A stretch of 63,527 nt of DNA, the filler included, from Fonticula-like sp. SCN 57-25 (Eukaryota), in assembly GCA_001724245.1 (NCBI GenBank). It is 3 parts of 3 records of this genome, joined end to end, with 100 filler letters (N's around TTAATTAATTAA, not from the genome) between each part and the next. Parts side by side here need not be neighbours in the genome. Positions count along the whole stretch, not along the records: positions 22,131 to 43,789 come from MEDX01000079.1; 2 more parts are not named here. One strand, given 5' to 3'. How positions within the stretch are numbered: position 1 is the first letter of the stretch; every line of letters begins with the position of its first letter. The notes beneath the pieces are model-generated. The model saw nothing but the letters and a program-made list of their open reading frames with translations. It was not told the origin of the DNA and did no database searches. A program made the position numbers and the translations under genes. Shown here piece by piece: positions 22,131 through 32,070 of this stretch.

Positions 22131-24406
22131 AGCACGTGCCGGTGGCAACGACGTTCGAAAGCGTGTTGGCGGGCCAAGCCGCGTTGCTGAACGTGTTGGC
22201 AGCGCACATGTTGCCTGCAGATCAGATGGAGAGTAAGCGACAGCTGACGATGAGCCACTGGCGTACGAGTACAGGGAGACGTGACGGTCGAAGCCCAGTT
22301 TCCGTTAATGTCGCACGCGCGCGTTGGCGCTCCAGAGTATCCAGAGACACACGACCCGGTCGCGGAGGCGCCCGCATTGGTGATCGGCCAGTTTGCATTC
22401 TGAACATTGTTCACCGCCGAACACTTGATCTCTGCAAGATCTGTTAGTCGCTGAAGGATACGACTCGTCAATCAGCGAATGGGGATGACGTACGAACACA
22501 TGATCCGGTAATGGCGCCCCAGGCACCCGTAGCACCACACGCGCGCTTGGGAGCCCCTGACCAGCCCGCATTGCAGGTTCCGGAGCCGTCGGTCAGCGAA
22601 AGAGTGAGAGGCCACGTGACCTTGTTTGTTGAGTCAGCAAGCGCAGGGCACTGATAACCTGTGCACCGTCAAATGTCAGTAGGCGTTTTGAATGCGGGTG
22701 ACGATGGCGCACGGGTGCACGGCGACGTGACAGTGCCCCAGGTTCCAGCCGCAGAGCAGGCACACTGCGGCGAGCCATGGTATCCGGATTGGCATGTGCC
22801 CGTGGCTGTGAGAAGGCTGCTCGTCTGGGGGAAGGTTGCGGTTCCGATGGTGGAAGCGGCGCACACGCGGCCTATGGAATGGAGGCGTAAGCCCGCTAGA
22901 CATCATCAGTATGATATATCTGACGCACGAACACACGGCGAGGTAACAGTGGTAGACCACACGCCGTTGTTATCGCAAGCTCTAGTGGGAGAGCCCGCGT
23001 ATCCGTTGATGCAAGTTCCTGCGCCCGATACTCCGGCGGACGTGAGGGGGAATGTGGCGAACCCGTAGCTGCCTGAATTGTCGGCCGGGCAAGTTCGCTC
23101 TGGGGGATGGTAACATTAGCATGCGCCGCACCAAGCCCACATTCACGTACTGACGCAAGGGGACGAGACGGCTCCCCAGACCGTGTTCGTGCACGTCATT
23201 GTGGGTGATCCCATGAACGTAGCCACGCAGGTTCCGGTCTTGGTCTCGCCGGTGTACGCGAATGGGAAGTTTGCATTATCCTTGAGAATTGCGTTGCAAC
23301 TGCTCACTTCATTTCGACAGACACCGATCGTTAGAATTTGGCTATTCGATGAAGGGTACCATACCATTGCATGTGATCCCGTTGCCGCTATACCCGAGGT
23401 TACAGGTGCAAGCGCCATTGTTGCATGTGGCGGACGTGTGGCAAGTGTTGTAGGTAAATGCGACATATGGCTTGTAGGTGCCCGAGCTATAGATATGCGA
23501 TTCCCAGTACCCGAGGACGGTAGATGTTGTGGTGGCGCGAAGTGATGTCTATAATCGAAAACATTTGGCATAAAGTCAACGCGAGAGTCTTTCGCATGCG
23601 CCAGTGAACGTACTAAAGTGTTGCTTCCCCGAACGGCGGCGTTCAACATGTTGTTGGTCAAGTTGATTGTGTACCATCTTTGTTGACGTTAGCCACCGCT
23701 ACCGTGAATGATTATGGCATAGTTTTGTCGTACCTGCTTCCTCTGGAGAGCGGCGTAGCGGTCACAGCGCCAAAGTTAGAGGCCAAAGGTGGTTGGTTAC
23801 TCCACTTGATGCCAGTGTTTGTCCTTGTTATTGGAAAAAAGAGCAGACGCAATACTTCGGTTAGCAAGACTGTTCTTCATTCGCGTCGAATTGTCGGTGC
23901 GTACCAGGCAACGGAGGGTGCGTCGATCGTCACCGCTGCAGGTGCTCCTGAGGTACCCCAGTTGAGCCAGAGGACGGGCGTTCCAGTTGCGCAGAATCTC
24001 GAGGGGGTGGGCTGGATCATGGGTGTTTAGCGCCATTCATGCGTACTAGAATATTCGTACGGCAACGCCGCTAAAGTCAAAGTGCCAATAACCGTAGATA
24101 GGATTGGTGCCGGTGCCACCGCGCACGTATGTCCAGCGCCACGAGGCTATAATTATAATGTTCAGTTATTTTACCATCGCTGCAGAGGTGCAGAGTATTG
24201 GATCCTGTGTCGTACAGGTAATGGCGTAGTTGTTGTTAATGTTTAGTGCCCAAGTAAAAGCCGAATCTTTCATGTAGATGTTGGTTTGGCCCAGCACAGA
24301 AGTAGCTGCTCATTGAGAGTTAGATCATCGAAAGGGTTTCCTGTTCAGTACCCAGCATGGCTACAGCAAGCGCGAGAACGGCAACTGTTGACGTTGGCGT
24401 CATCAT
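22131..24406 (-). CDS. Secreted/cell-surface protein: signal peptide, DNRLRE-like domain, EGF domain, at least 6 sushi/HRM-like Cys repeats; 3' end lost in the gap
   Basis: Hand-spliced across about 12 introns: MMTPTSTVAVLALAVAML|ATSVLG..GYWHFDFSGV..AWTNTGIKWSNQP..KPYVAFTY, then CHTSATCNNGACTCNLGYSGNGITC, then repeats C..A(N/T)(F/W)P..GTC..GY.GSP.R.C...G.W....SPC. Confidence 0.8.
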
Positions 24407-24993
24407 CTTCTCTGTCGCACAGGCGGAGCTGGGCGGCTCCGCTCTGCCAGGAAGAGAAACAACAAACGAGAAAATAAAACGGGGCCCCTCTCCATTATCG
24501 CAATCATGAGTTTCCCCGTGCCCCGAGGTCCATCTCAGCATACTCGTTTTTGACTGGACATCGGAGGTCAGGCGTGTGCGGGGGGAGCTAAAATTGGTCC
24601 AAAAAGGAAGTTTTTGTGGTCACGGTTGTCACCCCTGCGTGCTAGATTCCTAAAGCGGATATCTTTATTGCAAATGAACCAATCACACCGCCCCTTCTTT
24701 TATATGGTTTGCGTGGTGAAGCGTGACAATCCGAACTAGGCAGGTGCTTATGCGAGATAAGGGTTTAAATCCACCAAGATTCCACCCCCGATTTCCGATT
24801 TTTGAAGCACTGTACGCATGATGCACCACATCATAAATCTCACTTACCGTATTTTTGTTATTGAATGGTATCCTCTGAGCGTAAAACAATGGGCGATTGT
24901 AGATGCTGCAACAATAGTGTTTTTTGAAGAAGTTTAATAATCAAATCAGAGTTACGAACAAGTACAAAGATGTACATAGCGAGGAAGAGAAAG

Positions 24994-26355
24994 TTATTGT
25001 GTCTTGTCCTTTCCTCCACGAGAGCGAGCCAAGCCAAAAAGCCGCAAAACTGCCGGAAACACGACAAGCAAAAAGATTGGTTGCACAAAATGAACCAAAA
25101 AGCGCCAGTTGCCTGTGAGCTTATGTCCCACTAGTGCCACCGCAGCGGTGTTAAGAATGGCCTTGCTGTATGTGAACACGGCAAATCCAGCAACGGCAGC
25201 CACCGCACGGAGCAGCAGAGGTCCGCTAAGTTGGAGGTTGCGCGCACGAAGAAGCCTCACGAGCACGACGCTCGCGACCAATCCTAGCATTATGGCAGTT
25301 TTCTCATAGGCCGACGAGTTGCGCATGTGGTGTGCTCCGGTGCCCGATTGAAGACGGCAGTATGACTCGTAATTGCGCTGCCATTCCTCTGGATGCACAG
25401 TCATCTGGTCATAGTGCGATTCTAGTACCTCCAGGGCGAGCGTCACAGCAGAGAGCACCAAAAGCAGAAACGTCAGGGACGCAAACGACAGCTTTCGGAA
25501 AACTCGCTGCACCGGCTCAGTGCGCCACAAAAGATAGAGGATAAAGTAGCAAACGCCATAGGTGAAACCAACAAGGACGTCCATGACCGTGTGGGTGCCC
25601 AAGTATGTAATCTCAAAGACGGTGTAAACTTCATAGATGAGCGCTAGCGCGGCGGTGGGGATCTTCCAGCGCGAGGGTGCATGGTAAACGAGAAAGAGGG
25701 ACAAAATTAGACTCATCATCGAGTGACCAGAGGGAAGGCTGTAGCCTGCGGAAAGCGTGTGTGAGTATGCGAGGAAGCGACGGCACGGTCATCCCGTACC
25801 TCCTCCGCAAGAAACCGCATGCCCAGAGGTGCAAAACCAGAATCCGCGCGGAGATGCAATAAAGCTCTTGCTAAAATTTTTGATCAAGTGACCAAAAATG
25901 ATGTAGAGATAGAGCTGCGCGCCAAAGTGGATGCTGAAGAACGACGCGACGACGAAGGCGACCTGCATGTAGATGAAGCTGTTGGTCGCCTTGTGCCACC
26001 AACTCAAGAACGCGTTAACATCGTCGCCCAGTGGGAACGTCTCCATCAAAAATTCGGGCAACCAGCAGTTGACACGCTGAATGTCCACCTTGAAGAAACG
26101 AAGGGCCAGCAACTCGCAGGCCAGCAGCGTGAAGGCCACGCCGACGGCGAGCCCCAACCAAAAGGTGGGCCGGTTCTGGCCCACGTTGTCATGCGACGTC
26201 TTGGAGGCCGGGCCATTCATTTCAGGCACGCTGTCGGTCGCGTCACGGGCGGCAACGCCGTTGGCAGCCTGCGGCGACACGTGCTTGCCGCTGGGACCAT
26301 CAGCAGCGTTCATCGTCAACCCCGCCACCGGCCAATGTTGGTTTAAAACCGACAT
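24994..26355 (-). CDS. PAP2-superfamily multipass membrane phosphatase-like protein (2 exons)
   Basis: KSFIASPRG, spliced GGGYSLPSGH and YLGTHTVMDV motifs, with many TM segments. The start is uncertain. Confidence 0.7.
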
Positions 26356-26580
26356 AATCTGGAGGCTGTGCTTTATAGCGATAGCGGCTGTATCCGTATA
26401 CACGATAATGTTTTGCCCCGACGCTCTGTCGCCAATGGTGATATTGTAAACCTATGCGAGGCACGCACACATTGCGGACACTACCTCCTGCTTAACTAGA
26501 GCGAGGATAGCTCAGGCCAGCTTCACCTCCTCCGGGTCTATCTTGAACACGTCACGTGCCATTTAATTTGGCGCGAACAA

Positions 26581-27953
26581 ATGGCCGATGATGCTGCACG
26601 GACTCGACGCGCCGTACCAGCCGAGGCGTTTTACACATCTGTGGGAGCTCAGCTGAGCGAAGCTGTACGAAAACGCTCGTCTGATGCACTTGCCAGCGCG
26701 CATCACCGGGTAAAAATAGAGGCAGCGCTTCGAAGTAATACCCCGCTCCCATCTGCAACAATTTCGCGCCATAACATTTCCCGCGACTTTTTCAAGCTTC
26801 GAACCGCGCTAGAGTATAGTCGGGAAGACCGCGAACAGAAGGTATTTGTGTTCATGTTTGAGGATCCGAGGAATGGGTGGCGGCGGTTTCAAGTGGCCCC
26901 TTTGGACGAGTTCTGGTTGCGCTATAGGTACGCGCATAACTATTGACCACGCCGACGCGGTTCTCACGTTTGCAAAGCGATATGCAGAGCTCTGAGCGCC
27001 ATTTCTATGAGATCATCCCCGACGGAGTTCCGTGCAAGCTCTACTTTGATCTTGAGTACAAACTTGCCCCCAACGAAGGATGCGATGCCGAGGCGCTCGT
27101 CGCGTCTTTCAAGTCACTTGTGTCCGGCGAGCTCGAGCAGGCCTACGGCGTATCAGTAGACCCAGAGATGATTCTTGATTTGCGTTCAGCGAGCGCGGGT
27201 AAATTCTCGAGCCATTTGATATGGGATCTTCCGGGCGTCGCATTTGCGGATAACGTTCAGGCGGGCAACTTTGTGCTCAGCATGCTCTCCAGGTTTCGGG
27301 CCTGCATTTCCGATGGGCAGGATCCCCGCAGTGCGGCCATGAAGCGGCTACTTGTGAAGAATGAGCAAGGCGAGACGGAATTTTTTGTTGATCAAAGCGT
27401 CTACACGCGGAATCGCGCCCTGCGGATATATCTCTCGTCCAAATTTGGAAGCCGTGCTGCATTCCACCCCGCTGACCATCCATCGCCAGGGCTCGTCGCG
27501 CCGTCTCGCGCTCTTTTCGAAAGGTCTTTGGTGACTCACCATGTCTCCGCGCCCGCGCGGCTGCTCACTGCCACAGGGCCGTGTTCGTCGTCCTCGAGCG
27601 CGCCCTTTGTTGACTTCCCTTCCGCAGACGGCGCGGCGCCGTCAGATCTGGACGCATTCGTGCTCTCGATCGCTACTGAGAATGGGGGCCCCAGTGCGAC
27701 CATCCGCTCTCGCCAGCTCAGCCCGGATCGCGGGACACTGCGCTTCAATATGGCGGGCAATCGGTTCTGTCACAATGTCCGGCGCCAGCACAAGTCAAAC
27801 AACGTCTACTATGACGTCAAACTCTCGCACGGCGTCGTGTTCCAGCGATGCACCGACACTGATTGCAGGGGGTATCGCTCTTCACCCCGGCTTGTTCCGG
27901 TGGAGCTTTTGCCCGATCCCTCAAAGGCAGGCGCAGCAGAGCCTCAAGCATGA
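26581..27953 (+). CDS. PRIMPOL: DNA primase-polymerase PrimPol (intron 26928-26977)
   Basis: HFYEIIPDGVPCKLYFDLEY (DxE), KFSSHLI, DQSVYTRNRALR, and the UL52 zinc finger CHNVRRQHKSNN..QRCTDTDC. Confidence 0.93.
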
Positions 27954-28022
27954 ATTAGAGTGTATCAAAGTGTATTAATGTACATAATGTTTTATAAAGT
28001 GATGCAGTTCAATCGCTGGTGG

Positions 28023-30285
28023 TCAGGAAAGTATCATGTCAGGGTCGGTGCCCAGGAACACCTGCGACACGCGCGCAGACAAGGCGTCCCCGATTAAGCG
28101 TGGGTCGGATCCTTGCCTCGTGATCACCACCTGGGACAGAGCGTGCCTGTCCTTTTCGATGGCCGAGACCAAGAGCTGCAGCGTGGGGTATTGCCGCAGA
28201 ATGGCTTCCGCGACGGGCGGAGAGACCATCGGAATGGCCTGAAAGCGAAAAGTATGGTGAGCGGGAAGCAAGTACACATCAAGCTCGTACGCAAAGCATA
28301 TTTTTCCAGCCCTCGCGAAGGGTCGCCGCGCCTTTCTCGTATGATTCCAGATCAAAATTGTACGACAGCTGCACTTTCCTGGGTAGGCGGCACGCACATG
28401 TCAGTACGCAGTCACATCCTGAGATGGTGCAAGCGTACCTCTCTGGCTTTTGAGCAACCTCTTTCAAAAACAGGTCAAACTCGTTCATTAATTCCGAGAT
28501 AGTGTCGCACTCCACAATGCAAACACCGCACGTCTGAATAGTAAAAATGTACGATTGGAGCGTCTCGGGGTTCAGGCCCGCGGACGAGGACTGGGCGCCC
28601 GCCTGCTCGGCGCCGCTGCGGATCTGCCGCACGGCTTGCCGAAACTCCCGCGTCAGCTGAGTCGCCAGTTTCTGCTGGTACTTTTGACGCTGATAGAGGA
28701 AAAGGACCGGTCTAACCTTTTCCCTCGTCGACTCTTTCAATAGCTATATAATACGAGTGAGCAGACAGCGACAGCTCCAGGGCAAGGATGCGCACGGAAT
28801 CCAAAAAACTGCCAATCGTGTCCTTTTCAATCTCGGCGCCAATCCACTCGGCAGTCCGGTAGGCCACCATGTATCCGCCGCCGTCGGCCGTCTTTAGTAT
28901 AAGCCTAGCATCGATCTGTTAGTGCCGGGCAAGCGTTCTTTGCCGCGCATACGATTCGTCCAGCGGGATCGGCTTCTCGCGCATCGTGCACATGCTCTCC
29001 TTTACGTGTGCACACAACGATGCGTATAGTGATGATTGATCTAGCACAGGCGAAACTGTGACGGACGTCTCCTGCAGCAGCTCTTCAGTTGTCTTGCGCG
29101 AGACGCGGGGCGCCTTGGCCTTGCCACTCTCCGGCCGTTTTGTCGTCGGCTCGGCCGGTGCGCTCTCCTCTTGATTGTTCTTTTTGCGCGGCTTTGGTAC
29201 GCCTTTGTCCTTGCGAGGCTTGCGAGTTTTGGTCACAGGCTCTGCCGATTCAGCCACGGGTGCCGGGTCCTTACCGCGCGCCGCACTGTGGCCAGGGCGG
29301 CTCGGCTCCTCATCGCTCGAGGAGCTTTCCGAGGACGACGGTGGGTTTCTAGTGGCACCGGAAGCTGGCTCGGTTGCTGCGCTCGCTCTTACTGAGGCGT
29401 CGGAGTGGGGCCGTGCGGCCGGCCGGGGCGGCGAACTCGAGGAGGCACCATTCGTTTTGCGCTTCTTCCCAGTGCTTGTTGATAAAGGATGCGCCAGTAC
29501 TTGCATCACTTCATCAGAGTACGTCGGCACTAGCGATTTCGTCGGCCGGGCGCGGCGGTCCTGTCTCTCGAGCAAATGGTTTTGGATCACGCTCGATGCC
29601 TTGGATTCCGATATAGGGGTTTCCTCAGCGTCGTCCTCGTCATGCTGAAGTTGGCGCTTGCGCTTACGCAGCATATCGCCATTACCGGTCTCCGTCGTAC
29701 TACCGGTGCTCGTTGGTGGAGGTGTCGCATCGTGAAGCGTGTCCGGTAGGACCGCGAGGGGCGTCGGCGTCGGTCCCACACGGGCGATCCTGGGATTATC
29801 GGTTACCATCGGCAAAACAAATGCAGCAATGCGTACTGGCGGTTGATCATTGTGTTCATGGGGGCCAACTCGTCATCGTCTAAATCAATCGTTGCTGGCG
29901 CCTGGGGGGTTGCAGGGGAAGCGAGCCTCGTTGGGGCGAGTCCGTGCACCTGGGTGTCAGAGTGACGGTCGACGGATCCGGCGCGCGAGGCAGGCAGCCT
30001 CCCCCAGGAAGGAGTAGAGGCCTGACTCGTTCCTACACTGGCCTGCGAGGTCGGCGGAAAGGGCGGCGGGCTCGGGGTCGAGTCGTCGTCATCGTCGATC
30101 TCGTACGGTTGCGCGGTCGAGCCCATCACAGCCCTCTGTTCTACACGTCCAGCAGCAGGTGCACCGCCGTTGGCAGAACCATCTGATGGTGAGGGGTTCG
30201 CTGAGCGGTGGCGAGACAGCACCAGGCTGGTGAGCGAGGGGCTAACCGCCGAACTTCGTTGGTGGTTGTCACCCGCGTTTGACAT
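28023..30285 (-). CDS. EME1: Crossover junction endonuclease regulatory subunit EME1/Mms4-like (multi-exon)
   Basis: Disordered N-terminus, an ERCC4-like middle region, and C-terminal HhH segments QAIPMVSPPVAEAILRQYPTLQLL and RLIGDALSARVSQVF. Confidence 0.7.
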
Positions 30286-30456
30286 GCCGCTGTGCAGGTG
30301 CATGCTGCTAACAACATCTATCAATGGCTGATAAACCCACCATACATGTATCAGATCCGATAAATCCACCATATGACGACACTAGTTTTATTTGTGGTTC
30401 GACGGATAAAAGGAGGAACAAAGTAAACAACAACAGTACACTGCACTACGGCGAAC

Positions 30457-31749
30457 TCACGCGCGGGAGTAGGCATCAATCTTGCGCTGCAGAGGGTCGA
30501 GGCAAGGACCCAACAGGCGGAGGAACGAGGGCTTGTCGATGACGAGGCACGTCACGGCGGACTCGGCCACGACCGTGGCGGCGCGAACACCATCCCTGAG
30601 CAGGGCGACCTCTAAAAAAGCAAAAAAACCGGCGAATGTTAGCCACTTGACAAAGTAGAAGCAGGGCATCGCACCGCCAAAGAATTGTCCCGCGACGAGG
30701 CGCTCGACAATCTTGTCGTTGCCCTCGGCATCCCGCTGGCTCACCACGACCGTGCCATCTTCAATGATGAAGAACAGGTCTCCCTGCTCCCCCTCCTTGA
30801 CAATCGCCTGACCAGCCTCAAACTCCTCGCGGCCGAGCACGTCCGAGAGGCGAATGATCTCCATCTCGCTGAGCTCCTCAAAGAGCGGCACCTTCTTCAA
30901 AAATTCCGCGTACTTGACGCGGCGGTCGTACATCGACCTGACAACGCTCTGGCGGAACGTGTCACGGTCCACGGCCCACACGGTCGAGTCCTCCAGCGCG
31001 ACGACGCTGGCGGCGCGGGGCTGCATGTAGAGCAGGGCGAGTTCACCAAAGCCCTGCCCGGCCGAGTACTTGGTCTTGGACTCGCCGTCCTTGATAACCT
31101 CAAACTGACCGCTGGCCACAATATAAAACTCGTCTCCTTCATCACCCTGCTTGATCAAAAACTCGCCCTTGGCAACGGTCCGCTTCGCGACCGCATCCAC
31201 CACCTCTGCAAAGGCAATCTGGTTAGTTTCAAATCGAGGCCACAGCGGGAGGTGCGCACGGCTGAGCTGAGGCGAGTCAAGGTGCCTAAACAGGAGGAGC
31301 TTTTTCAAATAGCCATGGATGAGCTGGGCATCTTCGGCCGACTTTTCGTTAACAATTCGAATGCGCTCGGTCGACGTCGTCGGATCATAGGACTCCCCAG
31401 CAACCGACTCCCGGCGGTTTCCAAGGCGGACCTTCTTGGACTCACCCTACAAAGTGGAAAGGAATGAGCACAGTGGTGGAGGACGGAGGGAGAAGGGCAA
31501 GCGTACCGCAAACTCGGTCCTCGATAGCCGCTCAAGGGTCCTATTGTTCGGACGCTGGCCCTCCGAAGCCGCAGAGGACTTGCTCTCTAAAAGTAAATAG
31601 GAGTGAGCAAAGATATGGCCCAAAGGTTGAGTAACCAGAAGGGAAAACATACGGCGCAAAAGATAGAAAACAGCTCCTCCGACAGCAAGCCCGGCCGCAG
31701 CGGTCAAGATCGGGTGTTCCTTCACGGAATCGACAATCTTGGACAGCAT
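30457..31749 (-). CDS. PKAR: cAMP-dependent protein kinase regulatory subunit (type II-like inhibitor site) with N-terminal signal-anchor; introns 31587-31652, 31447-31506, 31206-31259, 30612-30674
   Basis: Inhibitor site RRESVAGESY and two cNMP domains with phosphate-binding cassettes FGELALLYMQPRAASV and FGEVALLRDGVRAATV. Confidence 0.9.
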
Positions 31750-32070
31750 TCCAAAAAAAGTCCAGTAAAACTCAATTCAGAGCAGGCTGCAAGTAAATAA
31801 AATTAAGGAGAAACACCGAAACGAAGACGCTCCCGCCAAGTCGAGGTCCACCGACCGTTCCGAGCTGCTTTACCGCGCCCTTTCCTTTTCCTGGCACCCT
31901 GCCTCTGAAAAGCAGGAGCAACAAGGCCGGCACAACAACCAAACGATCTCGACCTGTCACACTGCTGTGACAGGTCGGATTTGGCGGGAGATTTTGAAAT
32001 CCCTGTGCGCTGGCTGGAGCGGGTGGCGGCACCCTCCCCCTCCCTGCCCGCCCACGCAGAGCGCGCGAGA

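Noticed and set aside
26511-26561. Short minus-strand ORF MARDVFKIDPEEVKLA* upstream of the PAP2 gene
   Set aside because: It could be a uORF but is only 16 codons with no supporting conservation.
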